Below, one piece after another: positions 36,536 through 49,062 of a stretch of 64,000 nt of DNA (the stretch's first letter is position 1; each line of letters opens with the position of its first letter). The position numbers and the translations under genes were made by a program. Source of the DNA: an uncultured Methanosarcinaceae archaeon. GTDB lineage: Archaea > Halobacteriota > Methanosarcinia > Methanosarcinales > Methanosarcinaceae. The notes beneath the pieces are model-generated. The model ran no database searches and was not told where the DNA came from. It worked only from the letters and a program-made list of their open reading frames with translations. Location: NCBI GenBank assembly GCA_963833425.1, contig CAWHXP010000002.1, forward strand, positions 391,194 through 455,193. The letters run 5' to 3'.

Positions 36536-36989
36536 AAAGGTTTATTCAAGGATAGCGGAAGCTATTTTAAAATAAAAGAATAATGAAACAGAAAAGAAAA
36601 AAATAAATGTAAATTGGAATCGTCTGTGGTATTTTGTTCATCCTTACGTACTAATCAAGTTTTCAGGAAATCAAGTTTTCAGAAGAAATATTTTATTCAA
36701 CAATATATTTTTTTAGATCTAGTCGCAAATATGTCTATTTTTTTATAAACTTCGATACTTTATGTGGAAAACTATATCTCATTATTCCATTTATCTCGTA
36801 CTTTCCTTATTTCTGTAGTTTATATTTTGAGTAAGTTAAATGTGAAATAATAACCCATATTAATGATAATTTCAAAGATTCTGGAGGAAAAATTTCCTTC
36901 GAACAAAGTAATAAGCCTTGGAGAGCACAAAGGTTTTTTTTAGGAATCTTCAAGTTAATTCTAAAAAATCTAGCTGGAGAAGATGCATC

Positions 36990-37544
36990 ATGCAGGAAAA
37001 AATCAAGGAAATCGCGTATAGAGTCCGTGAACTACGGGAACTTTCAGAGATCCCGGTCAAAGAAATGGCAGAATATCTGCAGATATCCGATGAGACTTAC
37101 AATAAATATGAAAGTGGAATTGAAGATTTTCCGGTAAGTATCATTTTTGAAATTGCACACAAGCTTCACATAGACATGACTGTTCTCCTGACAGGGGAAG
37201 AGCCACATATGAATATTTTTACCGTCACAAGGGATAAAAAAGGGGCAAGCGTTGAAAGAAGAAAGCAGTACCTATACAAGAACCTGGCTGAGAAATTCAT
37301 CCATAAAAAAGCCGAGTTTTTCATAGTCTCAGTTGAACCCAAACCTCAGGAGATGATGCCTGAAACAAACTCCCACCCGGGACAGGAGTTCAATTATGTG
37401 CTCGCAGGTACTTTGAAAGTTTATATTCACAATAACGAAATTGTTCTGAATGAAGGAGATTCAATTTATTTTGACTCAAATTACGAGCATGCTATGGAAT
37501 CTATGGGAGAAAAACCCGTTAAGTTCTTGGCAGGTATAATGTAA
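36990..37544 (+). CDS. XRE-family HTH + cupin transcriptional regulator
   Basis: N-terminal [22 protein letters not shown] cupin motifs. Confidence 0.92.
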   Translation: MQEKIKEIAYRVRELRELSEIPVKEMAEYLQISDETYNKYESGIEDFPVSIIFEIAHKLHIDMTVLLTGEEPHMNIFTVTRDKKGASVERRKQYLYKNLAEKFIHKKAEFFIVSVEPKPQEMMPETNSHPGQEFNYVLAGTLKVYIHNNEIVLNEGDSIYFDSNYEHAMESMGEKPVKFLAGIM

Positions 37545-37673
37545 ATTTGATATCAGAAAGATGAAAACTAATGTAAAATATTATTCCTCGGAAAACCTTT
37601 GAGACTCAAAATATCCCTAGTTTTCAAAATGCAAAGAGCATGAGCATACAAGTAGATAAAACTGGTGTCAAAA

Positions 37674-39344
37674 ATGACTTCCTTACTGAGCCAATTTGTT
37701 TCCCAAATAGATTTTGAATCTTTTGAGGATTTCCAGAAAAATTTTAAAATTCTGGTTCCTGAGAACTTCAATTTTGCCTATGACGTTGTAGATGCCTATG
37801 CGAGAGATTTTCCTGATAAAATTGCCATTGTTTGGTGTGACGATAATGGGAGTGAGAGAATCTTCACTTTCAAAGACCTCAAGTACTACAGTGACAAAAC
37901 TGCAAATTTCTTCGCAAAACATGGGATCATGAAAGGTGACTATGTAATGCTGACCTTAAAGAGCCGTTATGAGTTCTGGTACTGCATCCTGGGATTGCAT
38001 AAACTTGGAGCCATTGCTGTGCCTGCAACCCATATGCTCAAAACACGAGATATAGTGTACCGGATCGAAAAAGCTGGATTGAAAATGATTGTCTGCATAT
38101 CGGAAGATGGAGTTCCTGAACAGGTGAACGAATCCCATTCTCATTGGGAAAATATCCCATTCAAAAAAGCAGTGGTTGGAGAAATAGATGATGAAGAATG
38201 GATCGATTTCAGGAAAGAACTTGATGAGGCTTCCCCTTATTTTAAGCGTCCCTCAGGTGAGTCTGCTACTACAAATGATGATATTTGTCTTGGTTATTTT
38301 TCTTCAGGGACTTCCGGTTTCCCAAAAATGGTGAAGCATAACTTTACCTACCCTTTGGGTCATATTCTTACTGCAAAATACTGGCAGAACGTCGAAGATA
38401 ACGGATTGCATTATACTGTTGCAGACAGCGGCTGGGGAAAATGCGTATGGGGCAAAATCTACGGGCAGTGGATAGCAGGTTGTGCGGTTTTTGTCTATGA
38501 CTACGACAGGTTTGAAGCCAAAAATATGCTTGAAAAAGCCTCTAAACACGGTGTTACAACTTTCTGTGCTCCGCCTACAATATATCGATTCCTTATCAAG
38601 GAAGACTTGACTAAGTATAATTTCAGTACTCTTAAATATGCGGTTGTTGCAGGTGAACCCCTAAATCCTGAGGTGTTTAATAGGTTCCTTAAATTCACAG
38701 ATATAAAGCTCATGGAAGGGTATGGGCAGACTGAAACTGTTGTTGCTATTGCAACCTTTCCATGGATGGAACCAAAACCAGGATCTATTGGAAAGCCAAC
38801 TCCTGGTTATAAGATTGAGCTTATGGATAAGGACGGAAGGTTATGTGAGGCAGGTGAAGAAGGAGAAATTGTAATCAACACAAAGGAAGGAAAACCTGTT
38901 GGGCTCTTCGTCCATTACGGAAAGGATCCTGAGAAAACTAAAGAAGCCTGGCACGATGGCTATTATCACACCGGAGACATGGCATGGATGGATGAAGAAG
39001 GGTACTTATGGTTTGTGGGAAGAGCTGATGATATTATCAAGACTTCTGGATATAAAGTAGGACCCTTTGAAGTAGAAAGTGCTCTCATCCAGCACCCTGC
39101 AGTGCTCGAATGCGCAATTACAAGCGCTCCTGATCATGAAAGGGGGCAGATAATCAAAGCAACAGTTGTGCTTACAAAAGAATACACTTCTGGAGAAGCA
39201 ATTAAAAAAGAGTTGCAAGAACACGTAAAAAAAGTCACTGCTCCCTATAAGTATCCGCGTATCATAGAATTTGTGGACGAACTTCCAAAAACAATTAGTG
39301 GAAAAATCCGAAGGGTAGAAATAAGGGATAGAGATCAAGTTTGA
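37674..39344 (+). CDS. AMP-forming medium-chain acyl-CoA synthetase
   Basis: [34 protein letters not shown]. Confidence 0.95.
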   Translation: MTSLLSQFVSQIDFESFEDFQKNFKILVPENFNFAYDVVDAYARDFPDKIAIVWCDDNGSERIFTFKDLKYYSDKTANFFAKHGIMKGDYVMLTLKSRYEFWYCILGLHKLGAIAVPATHMLKTRDIVYRIEKAGLKMIVCISEDGVPEQVNESHSHWENIPFKKAVVGEIDDEEWIDFRKELDEASPYFKRPSGESATTNDDICLGYFSSGTSGFPKMVKHNFTYPLGHILTAKYWQNVEDNGLHYTVADSGWGKCVWGKIYGQWIAGCAVFVYDYDRFEAKNMLEKASKHGVTTFCAPPTIYRFLIKEDLTKYNFSTLKYAVVAGEPLNPEVFNRFLKFTDIKLMEGYGQTETVVAIATFPWMEPKPGSIGKPTPGYKIELMDKDGRLCEAGEEGEIVINTKEGKPVGLFVHYGKDPEKTKEAWHDGYYHTGDMAWMDEEGYLWFVGRADDIIKTSGYKVGPFEVESALIQHPAVLECAITSAPDHERGQIIKATVVLTKEYTSGEAIKKELQEHVKKVTAPYKYPRIIEFVDELPKTISGKIRRVEIRDRDQV

Positions 39345-39574
39345 TAAGGAGATCATAATAAGGCAAGTTTATGAATTTATAACAAAATTAGAACTCTATA
39401 AAACTAAACCGTTTTTCCAGAAGACATCTACATTATTAGTCAGATAAGACACCTACATAAATAAAATTAACTTTCAATTTATTTTTATTCAAATTAAATA
39501 TTTAGTAGCTTAGTGAGAGGATATAAATTCACTTGAGAACTTCTAATAACTAAATTATTCATATTTTAAGCCGG

Positions 39575-39830
39575 TTTTATCCTATAAACTTGAAGTACGT
39601 CATAATATTATTTTGCTATAAAATAAAATTTCACATGGTTTTTTATAAATTATCGTAATTTTTTTAATACGGCGACATCATCAACTATTTGAAATACACT
39701 TTAAAATTAGTAAAATGTACCTTTTTGAGTTTAATGAAATCTGAACTAATGGTGATCATGTAAATTTTTTCGTTGGTGCTAGGCCAAAATATTCTCCTTC
39801 AAGAGTATGCAGATTATGACGAGAAAAAAG
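39575..39830 (+). mobile_element. IS200-type tnpA remnant
   Basis: TNGDHVNFFVGARPKYSPSRV. Confidence 0.65.
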
Positions 39831-40231
39831 CACATGACCAAACATATAGTATAATAATACTTGTTATTTCCAAATTTTATCCGCTATTTATCTATTATTT
39901 CTTATATTTGTTGACCCCTTTATTTCCACTGCAACTGCCCATTCACTAAAAAATATTGTTTCATTTAATTTGGTTTATTTTTTTCACCCGTGACATTTTA
40001 TGTAGAGTAGAACTTTCGGCTAGCACACACTGATTAATTATCATTAAATTTTTATTTAACCCCGATTTCTACTGCAAGTTTCCTCTATGTCAGAAAATTA
40101 GGTAACTGAAACCATAGGAATTCCTTAAAAGATAACCTCGGAAATCCCCGGAAATTCTATAGATATATATTTTCTTAAAAATGAGTTCATTTTCAGTGAA
40201 CCTTTTCAGATATCTTTAGGCTAGTTAATCT

Positions 40232-41122
40232 TTATTTTGTTATAACTTCACAGCCGTTCTTAGTGATCACTATCGTATGCTCTGCCTGGGCTACAAGTCC
40301 CCCTGCACTTTCAAGAAGTACAGGATAAGATTGAAGAATTCCTACCTTTGCAAGCTGGATTAATGCAAACTCCAATTTGTCGGATTCAAGCCAGCGTTTT
40401 GCAAAAGGTAGTCCTCTATATTCTTCCACCTGTTTCAAGATATTTCGGACTGCAGGCATACGGACCGGTTTTTTCCTTCTGAGGCTATATATCTCGGCCC
40501 AGTTTCCGTCGTGAATAAAACCTGCTCCATCAGTCGCAAATGGTTCTATTGCAAACACATCTCCTTCCCTAAGAATTACTCCACCTTCAACACGCTTGTT
40601 GGGAACAGAAGGTTCGTCATGAGCCTCATACTGGGAAAGCCCGTGACCTGTCAAGTTTATTATTGGGTTTAAGCCATAGCTGCGAATACTGTCATCTATT
40701 GCAGCTCCAATTTGTCCTGTAGTGATCCCTGGTTTTGCAAGGTTAATTGCTGCAGAAAGGGCTTCTTCGGCTGCTTTTAATATATCGGAGTTCCCTGATA
40801 AATCAACAGTAACAGCTGAATCTGCAATGTATCCATCTATATGAACACCAAGGTCCAACTTCACCATATCTTTTCCGAATATATCGGTGTCTCCAGCTAT
40901 TGGGGTTGCATGTGCTGCTTCCTCATTTCTCGAAATATTGCAGGGAAAAGCTGGCTTACCTCCTAACTCGATAGTTCTATTTTCCACAAGTTCTGCAACT
41001 TTTAGCAAGCTATTCCCAACTCTTACCATTTCTACGGCCTCGTCTCTGACAACCTTTAGGATCTTTCCTGCCTCTCTATATTTCTCGAGGATTTCTTGCT
41101 TATTGCTCACATTATCAGTCAT
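40232..41122 (-). CDS. map: Methionine aminopeptidase type II
   Basis: KLDLGVHIDGYIADSA, NLTGH, AIEPF, QAEHT. Confidence 0.97.
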   Translation of the reverse strand: MTDNVSNKQEILEKYREAGKILKVVRDEAVEMVRVGNSLLKVAELVENRTIELGGKPAFPCNISRNEEAAHATPIAGDTDIFGKDMVKLDLGVHIDGYIADSAVTVDLSGNSDILKAAEEALSAAINLAKPGITTGQIGAAIDDSIRSYGLNPIINLTGHGLSQYEAHDEPSVPNKRVEGGVILREGDVFAIEPFATDGAGFIHDGNWAEIYSLRRKKPVRMPAVRNILKQVEEYRGLPFAKRWLESDKLEFALIQLAKVGILQSYPVLLESAGGLVAQAEHTIVITKNGCEVITK

Positions 41123-41277
41123 GTTAATACCGTTAATCTCTTAATTGAATGTAATAGGTTTCTGGCCTGAATGAAATAATAAGGTCTAAGTATCTGATCC
41201 TGACAATCGTACCGCTAATTTTTGGTTAAAGCGAAGTTATATTCCAGACATAGACAGACTTTTTAAATTGTAAAACG

Positions 41278-42447
41278 TCATAATATAAATTTTTTTTCTA
41301 TTCCTGTAAGGTTCTCATACCCATTTTCTGTGACAAGCACCATATCCTCAAGTCTGATTCCTCCAGTTTGAGGGTAGTATAAGCCAGGTTCTATAGTAAT
41401 TAAATTACCTTTTTCAAGAATATACCCATTTTCTCCTACTGCAGGAAGTTCATGTACGTCCAGTCCAACGCCATGCCCTGTGGAATGAATAAATCCAACT
41501 TTTGAACCACTTCTGTAGGTATCATATCCCTTTTTCTCGAATGTGTCACAGACTGTATTATGTACATCAGCTGTAGATATGCCTGGCTTAATCATTTCAA
41601 GCCCTTTTTCCTGAGCTGCGATTACAGCTTTGTACATTTCTTTTAATTCTTTTGAAGCCACTCCATGAAGTACCGTTCGTGTCATATCCGCAAAATAACG
41701 TTCTCTCTTGCTCCTCGGGAAGATATCCAAGATAATTGGCGCATTTGCCCAGAGAGGACCATTTGTAGTACCATGGGGATTTACTGTATCTCTTCCACAT
41801 GAAACGATAATTTCTTCTGCTTCACACCCAAAATCAAGCAATGTATGGTCAATGACTGCTTTTACTTTAGACCCGGTAAGTATCTGCCCTTCATGATACA
41901 AGTTTCCTTTTCTTTCTTCTGCTTTTGCTATCAGGAAGATCGCTGCTTTCATAGCTTTTTCTCCAGCCATTTGAGCATATTTTATAGACTCAATTTCTTT
42001 CGGTTTTTTCAGGCTCCTTATTTTCTTGAAAGGACTTTTCACAGGTACTATGGAAAAACCTGATTTTTCAAAGTAATTTGAATGAAATATCGGAAAATCG
42101 TAAGGCACTGCAACTTTTTTTACTCCTTCGCCAAGTAGCAAATCTGATATGCAATCCGCATAGGCAATATACATATCTTTTTTCTCCTTGATCTTCTCCC
42201 TGTAGTCAAAGTCCTGAGTTGTTGTTATAATTGGAATCCTTGACTCGATTTTTGCCCTTCCCTTTTCCATTTCCGAAATAAAAATTATTTCTTTTCCTGC
42301 TCTTGTCTGCAGATAAACAAACTCATCCGAAGATAGAAAATGGGTTACATAGTAAATATCAGAATTATGTATATTTCCTATCATAAGGTAAGCATCAGTT
42401 CCTGCTTCCTCAAGAGTCTTTTTTATGCTGAATTCTGACTCTGTCAT
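41278..42447 (-). CDS. Xaa-Pro peptidase (M24B)
   Basis: YFADMTRT, HSTGHGVGLDVHE, TIEPGLY, GIRLED. Confidence 0.95.
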   Translation of the reverse strand: MTESEFSIKKTLEEAGTDAYLMIGNIHNSDIYYVTHFLSSDEFVYLQTRAGKEIIFISEMEKGRAKIESRIPIITTTQDFDYREKIKEKKDMYIAYADCISDLLLGEGVKKVAVPYDFPIFHSNYFEKSGFSIVPVKSPFKKIRSLKKPKEIESIKYAQMAGEKAMKAAIFLIAKAEERKGNLYHEGQILTGSKVKAVIDHTLLDFGCEAEEIIVSCGRDTVNPHGTTNGPLWANAPIILDIFPRSKRERYFADMTRTVLHGVASKELKEMYKAVIAAQEKGLEMIKPGISTADVHNTVCDTFEKKGYDTYRSGSKVGFIHSTGHGVGLDVHELPAVGENGYILEKGNLITIEPGLYYPQTGGIRLEDMVLVTENGYENLTGIEKKFIL

Positions 42448-42971
42448 GCAAAGTAATTTTGCTTTATGTGGATAAAATTCTTATTGTCAGATCTTTTTCC
42501 GACTAACTTCACATTTTCTTTCTCTATTCCATTCGAATGACCTGTAGTCTGTGTTGGATGAAAGCCTATCAGAGAATCGTTATGCCACTTCCCACAGATA
42601 TATACACGAGTTACATCTATTAACTGGTGGCCAAATAGGCAAATAAATCTCACAAGTGTGTACATCTGCAAAAAGTAGCCCATAAGAACTATTCAGTAAT
42701 TTTCACAATTTAAGCAATTCTTTCAAGAAAAACTAGCTTCTCGAATCCCCCATATTTTTTGGAAACAACTTTTTACAGGGGTTCTAAATTGAATTCAAAT
42801 TCAACAAAGTTTAGGACATTTAGATTATAACTCAACTATTTCTAAATATATACAATAGCAACTGCAGATTATGATATTTGTATAAAACTTGAATAAAATT
42901 TAACAATTATCCCGATAAATAATCAAGTGGAGAAAAAGAATATGCACCTTAAACGATGCTCTTATTTATAT

Positions 42972-43436
42972 TTAGAACCTAACATCTTTGTTGATGATGA
43001 GCTGATTTGTCTTTAAATCGATGATTTTAATATTGACAATATCACCAGATATTGGCCCCGTCTCAAAAACATTCATGCCATCCGTATTAGCCAGCGAGAG
43101 TATTTTCATATCACCAACACTCAAATTATCGAGACTAGAAGTGTTAACTGAAGCAGATTTAGTTCCAAGTGATGCAGTAACTTTCGTTATTGAATCTCGG
43201 AAGTAAATTTGATCTCCGCCAAGGTGTTCAAGTTTTACAGATGCTATGCCAGTAGCATTAGCAGTATCATTTGCTTTAATATCTATGCTTGCCTGAGGTG
43301 CAGATTTGGTAGACCCCTGGCTGAAGACAGTAGAACCGATTGCAGCGGCGAGAATGACAGTTATTGCAACCATCAGGATGACACCGATAACCGGGGACAC
43401 TGCATCTTTATTCCCAAATAATTTCTTGAGACCCAT
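42972..43436 (-). CDS. Archaeal type IV pilin (DUF1628)
   Basis: Class III signal KDA|VSPVIGVILMVAITVILAA; LEHLGGD. Confidence 0.93.
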   Translation of the reverse strand: MGLKKLFGNKDAVSPVIGVILMVAITVILAAAIGSTVFSQGSTKSAPQASIDIKANDTANATGIASVKLEHLGGDQIYFRDSITKVTASLGTKSASVNTSSLDNLSVGDMKILSLANTDGMNVFETGPISGDIVNIKIIDLKTNQLIINKDVRF

Positions 43437-43750
43437 ATGTTTCTCCCTCCGGATTAAAGGTACTCAAACAGGATACCTGCCTGAAACTTCTAACAATTGT
43501 TATACACGGCTAAACTAGGTACAGTTTAATACATATTATTTTATAGTGTTGTACCCATTATCCATCATCATTATATGCATTTTTGCGGATTACATTAGAA
43601 TATTATTTATATAGTGTATTGTGGTTCTATTTCCAGATTATCTATTAATGACTTTAAGTGGTATATAATTATTTGCAGACAGTCAAGTTAATATCCAATC
43701 AATAACAATGTAACATGGATAATATAAAATATTGATAATGTGGTTTTAAC

Positions 43751-44242
43751 TTGGAGGGCAAAAAATATAGGGCACTTGGAGAGAATTGTCAGGCAGTTTC
43801 AGAAGTATTAGGACAGGTGTTCATGATAGCTATAGTAGTATTAGCTTTCTCGTCGATAGCAATTACTATATTTTCGGATGCTGTAGTCATAAATCCTCCT
43901 CATAAGCAGCATACATACATTTCTGAAAGAATTTACACCGATGCCGATATTATACAGATATTGCACAGTGGGGGAGAAGCCATTAACCTGAAAGCAATCA
44001 AGATCATACTCAGTGTCAATGGAAAGTTGGCTAAGTTTAATGTGTCCGATCCCAGTGTTAAGATTTTGAATTCGAGAGGTTCTGCGTCTAATAATGGTTT
44101 TCTGATGCTAGGTGACTGTATAGAAATCAATATGAGACAACTTGGAATTTATCTAAAGGATAACGATACAGTTAATATGTATCTCGTGAACACTAAATCT
44201 GGCCAGGTAATCCAGAGGGCGGAACTCCATGGGAGAAAATGA
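43751..44242 (+). CDS. Archaeal type IV pilin-like protein
   Basis: QA|VSEVLGQVFMIAIVV; ILHSGGE. Confidence 0.85.
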   Translation: MEGKKYRALGENCQAVSEVLGQVFMIAIVVLAFSSIAITIFSDAVVINPPHKQHTYISERIYTDADIIQILHSGGEAINLKAIKIILSVNGKLAKFNVSDPSVKILNSRGSASNNGFLMLGDCIEINMRQLGIYLKDNDTVNMYLVNTKSGQVIQRAELHGRK

Positions 44243-44293
44243 AAAAAGAAAAACAAGAGGAGATTCTATTTTAAAATCACACGAAGTCCCTTT

Positions 44294-45232
44294 ATGAAAA
44301 TCAGAAAGATTAGAAGCTGTGGAGAGGTCATTAAGAACTTATCAAACTCGGAATCGGCAGCATCCACAGTCATTGCTGCAGTACTACTGCTAAGCATCCT
44401 ATTTACCATATTTGCAGTAGTAAGAATTGCGTATGTTCCTGAATGGAAAGCTGATGCTGAACAGTCACATATGAGTGAAGTCCAGAAGGATATGACAGGA
44501 TTAAAATCAACAATAGATATGATTATTTTTCTTACGGCTACAAACACAAGTTATTCAGCCCGACCTCCCTTAACGATTCCATTTAGCATGGGTGGGGGAG
44601 AAATATCTATTCTAGAACCCTCAAAATCGAGCGGGACGCTGTCGGTAAATACAGAATCATACAAGATGACCATAATCCCAACAGTAGGTAATGAAACATC
44701 TATCAACTCTAGCATAATTACCTATCATTCTAACAATAGACAATTTGTGGATCAGGTTTTCAGATATGAAAACGGAGCTGTTATTCTTGTCCAAGGCGAC
44801 AGATCATTGATGACGCAGTTTCCATCATTATTCAGTATAAATCAAATTGGTGCACATAACTATAATGTTTTGATTCAAGCAATCAACTTATCAGGAAATT
44901 CAGATTCCATTTCTTCGGAGACATATACTTATTTGAGATTGACTGGAAATCACCCTAATACCATAGATTTAGGAAATATTAACTCATTTGACTGTATAAT
45001 TTCCACTAAATATCCGGATGCTTGGAAGTCGTATTTCAAAGGAAATCTCAATGAAATCTCTAAAGAAACAGGTCTTAAGTATGGCACAGATTTCGCACTT
45101 GACCCAAAAGACTACTCAGACAAGGTACTTTTAAAGTTTCTTGCTGGCAGCAAAAACCAAAACCATTACAGACTTTCGATAAGAGAATATGTTATCACAG
45201 CAGAAATTGGAGCAAGGAACAGTTTTAATTAA
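44294..45232 (+). CDS. Pilin-like surface protein with class III-type signal
   Basis: ESAASTVIAAVLLLSIL..YVPEWK; RYENGAVILVQ. Confidence 0.75.
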   Translation: MKIRKIRSCGEVIKNLSNSESAASTVIAAVLLLSILFTIFAVVRIAYVPEWKADAEQSHMSEVQKDMTGLKSTIDMIIFLTATNTSYSARPPLTIPFSMGGGEISILEPSKSSGTLSVNTESYKMTIIPTVGNETSINSSIITYHSNNRQFVDQVFRYENGAVILVQGDRSLMTQFPSLFSINQIGAHNYNVLIQAINLSGNSDSISSETYTYLRLTGNHPNTIDLGNINSFDCIISTKYPDAWKSYFKGNLNEISKETGLKYGTDFALDPKDYSDKVLLKFLAGSKNQNHYRLSIREYVITAEIGARNSFN

Positions 45233-45489
45233 TATTAATTGCAAACTTCCCTTTGCAAACAACAGTAGCAATGTCACCAAGAGTGATACTCAAAAGTCTA
45301 CAGTTCCACCAAAAAGCACACAGAATTGGACTAGATTTTTGGAGATGAAGTTTACTCGACTAAGCAAAATCTAATGTATATGTCTTCAGCTGCAAGATAT
45401 AATACAATATAGCTTAAAGTAAACAATGAAAATGGTAAAAATTCAAAGATAAGCAATATGAATATAACAATGTTTCTAGCAAAATCAGT

Positions 45490-45700
45490 TATATGCTTTA
45501 GCAGTAACGCTACTTAAAACATGCACATTCGATCGTTGCCTTTACTGGCACAAATCTATGAACTCCTACTTCATGTAGATAGAATTTTTAAAGATGGGAT
45601 ACAAATTCCCCAACTACGAATTCTGTACACACACACAATAAAGCTGGAAAGGATACAGTTAGCTTAAAAGTAAATAAAGAAGTTGGAAAAGTAAGTATCA
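45490..45700 (+). pseudogene. PKD-domain remnant
   Basis: Fragments AFSSNAT, VAFTG, SVHT and KAGKDTVSLKV. Confidence 0.5.
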
Positions 45701-46681
45701 ATGGAGGATTTACTCACAGTTTCGATAATTATTTAAATTCTTGAATTCAGAATTTAACTGACTGGTTCAGATATTCATTAAAAGTCCACCCATTTTCATG
45801 ATCTTTTCAGAAAAATAATGCTGAATATATATTACTTCTGAGGTGCTGAGAGTCACGAATTACTTGTCCTTAAAGCGGGGACGAAGCAAACCCTAACACC
45901 TTCTTATTTCCGTTTATACTTCTAAATTATTGCTTTGTTGTAAAATGAGTTTTTTTGTCATCAAGGTCACAGATGGTGCTATCCAAATCTTAAAGGGCTT
46001 TGATATATTTTTTAATTAAACAGCTTTAACGATAGCTATTGCAGGATCATCTATTATATAGTATGGGTGCCTAATTATCGATACAAATATCCTCCATAAG
46101 CGAATTAAAGAAATTGTATATCTATCTTTACCCCTATTTGTGTGGAGCAAGGCTATAAATTCATGCTATGGAAGTAGTAGAATCCCGAGTTCTTCATTCC
46201 TGGAATTCCGTCCACACGACTTTCTGCTAGAGCAGTTTAATACTTGAAAGGTGGTAGCTCTTCCAGACTTTTCAAAGTTCATCCTTAATTTAAAAATTAT
46301 ATCGTAATGGGAGTCGTATAGTCATATGGTAATTCTATCGATCCGTTTGAGTTGTGGCAGCTGATATAATAAACACTATATTCTGGAATATGAGAGAGCC
46401 TAAAACAGAGTTTTAATCATCTAGATCAAATGAATAAGTAAAATAAGAATCGATGATTTATGAATTTCGATGAACTGAGTGGGGATTAGAAATATGTCTC
46501 ATCATTTAGCGCGTATGACGCAAGCAATTCGATTTGAGCTTTTTATTCAAATAACATTATATTTGGTTTTAATTAAGCCTCTCGAGCAAGGCACAATTCT
46601 AAGCAACAAGTTATTCCGCTTGAGCATAGCGAAAAGAACATGTTGCTGCTGAAACAAAACTATGATGGCTCAACTCGACTT

Positions 46682-47257
46682 CTAGAGAGTATCTTTCGTA
46701 CTTTTGACGTCTTTGCCTTCTATTTTTACTGCACGTTTCATGGCATAGGCAAAAGCCTTGAAGAGAGCTTCGATTTTGTGGTGGTCGTTATCTCCATAAA
46801 CACTTGCATGTATCGTAATTTTTGCATTTGAGGCAAGAGTATCGAAGAAATGCCTCACCAGACGGGTACTGAACTGTCCCACACTGGGCACAGCAAAGTC
46901 AGCTTTCAGGACAAGATATCTGCGCCCACTTATATCCAAAGCAACGTCAGCAAGAGCCTCATCCATTGGAATTCTGGCTTCCCCAAAACGAGCGATTCCT
47001 GCCATGTTTCCAAGCGCTTCTTCAAGAGCCTTTCCGAGAACTATCCCTGTATCTTCCACTAGGTGATGCTCGTCTACGTAAAGATCGCCCTCGGAACGAA
47101 TCTTAATGTCAAATTCTGCATGGCGCGCAAAGGACGTAAGCACATGATCAAAAAACCCAATTTCTGTGCAGATATCTGCAATTCCTGTACCGTCGAGATT
47201 CAGTTCAAGTTTGATATCAGTTTCTTTTGTCTTGCGGGATATTTTGCTTGTTCTCAT
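46682..47257 (-). CDS. hisB: Imidazoleglycerol-phosphate dehydratase
   Basis: [26 protein letters not shown]. Confidence 0.97.
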   Translation of the reverse strand: MRTSKISRKTKETDIKLELNLDGTGIADICTEIGFFDHVLTSFARHAEFDIKIRSEGDLYVDEHHLVEDTGIVLGKALEEALGNMAGIARFGEARIPMDEALADVALDISGRRYLVLKADFAVPSVGQFSTRLVRHFFDTLASNAKITIHASVYGDNDHHKIEALFKAFAYAMKRAVKIEGKDVKSTKDTL

Positions 47258-47386
47258 AGAGTATCAAATTCTCTTAAATTAAATAAATACCTCGTATTTA
47301 GCAGCTTTTTGAATTCTGATCGTTTATCCCGGAAAATCAAGGTAATGAGCTAATTGCTCAGCTGGAAGAAAAAGACAGGCACCTAA

Positions 47387-48133
47387 TTATTCATCCTTTG
47401 TAGACTCAATAGCTTCTTCAAGAGAAAATCTGCCTGTATAAAGAGCACTGCCGATCACAACCCCAAATGCTCCAGTTTTCTTCAGAATTTGTAGGTCGTG
47501 CAAAGAACTTACTCCCCCAGATGCAATTATAGGGATGGTGACTGATTCAACAAGTTCCCTTGTAGGGACAGGATCCACACCTTGCATAAGACCTTCAGTA
47601 TCTATGTTCGTAAAAAGCAAACTTCCTGCACCTAGCTCCTCAAACTTTTTGCCCATTTCCACAGAAGTTTGCGCGCACTCCTCAGTCCAGCCTTTGATTG
47701 AGATTTTTCCGTTCTTTGCGTCCAGAGCAACAGTTATATGTGCGCTTCCAAAAGAATTGACAAGCAGTTTTACAAGTTCCGGATTTTGGATGGCAGCAGT
47801 TCCAAGAATTACTCTTGAAACTCCTAGTTCGAGGAGCGCAGCTGCATTTTCAAAGTTTCTAATTCCTCCTCCTACTTGAATACAAACGCCTCTCTCCCTA
47901 CATGCCCCTACTATCTTTTCAATAACGTGAGTATTTTTGCGTTCTCCTTCTATTGCACCGTCGAGATCTACAAGGTGCAGGCACTCTGCCCCTTTGTTAA
48001 CCCAGTCTAAGGCAACTGAAAGAGGATCATCTATAGATATAATTTCACTACCAGGTACTCCCTGCACAAGCTGAACACACTTTCCCTTTCTAATGTCCAC
48101 CGCAGGGATCATTACAAAAACCAAGAAAACCAC
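47387..48133 (-). CDS. hisA: ProFAR isomerase
   Basis: IPAVD..GKCVQL, HLVDLDGA, QVGGGIR, ASGG. Confidence 0.96.
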   Translation of the reverse strand: MVFLVFVMIPAVDIRKGKCVQLVQGVPGSEIISIDDPLSVALDWVNKGAECLHLVDLDGAIEGERKNTHVIEKIVGACRERGVCIQVGGGIRNFENAAALLELGVSRVILGTAAIQNPELVKLLVNSFGSAHITVALDAKNGKISIKGWTEECAQTSVEMGKKFEELGAGSLLFTNIDTEGLMQGVDPVPTRELVESVTIPIIASGGVSSLHDLQILKKTGAFGVVIGSALYTGRFSLEEAIESTKDE

Positions 48134-48192
48134 TTCTTCAACACACTTATCTGTAATCTCCCCATGCTCTCATGATTGTAGATATTTTCTTT

Positions 48193-49062
48193 TCATGGCA
48201 TGATTCTTTCAATTGGTACAACAAGGATGTCTCTTGCACCTACTTTTTTCAGCTTATTTACAATGGTAAAGATTAAGTTTGCATCGACAACTGCATGAAC
48301 TGCGAGAATCGACTCTTCAGGAGATTTGCTGGATTCAACCTTCATGACAGTAGGTCCTGACATGCCAGGTAGAACTTCTTTTATTGCCTTTAAAGAGGCT
48401 TCAGGAACATTCATCATGAGATATCGCCGTTCTTTCGCATTAAGCACGCTTTCGAGTGCAGTTTTGATATCAAAAATTTTGTCTTTTGTACGTAGGCTCT
48501 CTTTATTAGCGATCAGATAAACTGTTGAGGAAAATACGTTGTCAATAGCTTTCATGTGATTGATCATCAGAGTTGTTCCGGAACTTGAAATATCTACAAT
48601 AGCATCTGAAATTCCTACATGTGGGGTTATCTCACAAGCGCCGCTAACCTTTATGATGTTAATATTAACTCCCAACTCTTTGAAGTATTGGTCAGTGATC
48701 TTCGGAAATTCAGTTGCAACTTTCTTACCTTCAAGGTCCTGAGCCTTCTCAAAATTAGATTCTTCGAGCACAGCTAGTACAAGGTTTGATTTTCCGAATT
48801 TAAGGTCTAGAAGAGTCTCAACATCTGCTCCTCTTTCCGTAATTAGGTCTATACCTGTGATACCAACGTCAGCAGCCCCATCTTGTACGTACTCTGGAAT
48901 ATCGCTAGCTCTGGCATAGAGAACGCTGATCTCCGGATCTATTGTTTTTTCAAAAAGTTTTCGGCTTTCGGTTCCCCCGCTTATTGGGAACCCCGCATCA
49001 CGGAAAATAGATAAGGCGGGTTCGTGAAGGCGTCCTTTATTTGGTATTACAATGCGAATCAT
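48193..49062 (-). CDS. hisG: ATP phosphoribosyltransferase (long form)
   Basis: PNKGRL, DIPEYV, DAIVDISSSGTTL. Confidence 0.97.
   Translation of the reverse strand: MIRIVIPNKGRLHEPALSIFRDAGFPISGGTESRKLFEKTIDPEISVLYARASDIPEYVQDGAADVGITGIDLITERGADVETLLDLKFGKSNLVLAVLEESNFEKAQDLEGKKVATEFPKITDQYFKELGVNINIIKVSGACEITPHVGISDAIVDISSSGTTLMINHMKAIDNVFSSTVYLIANKESLRTKDKIFDIKTALESVLNAKERRYLMMNVPEASLKAIKEVLPGMSGPTVMKVESSKSPEESILAVHAVVDANLIFTIVNKLKKVGARDILVVPIERIMP

Noticed and set aside
45838..46220. Possible IS200/IS605- or IS607-like end sequences near 45850 and 46180 (also ~50030-50063)
   Set aside because: Too degenerate, and no transposase remnant could be read with confidence.
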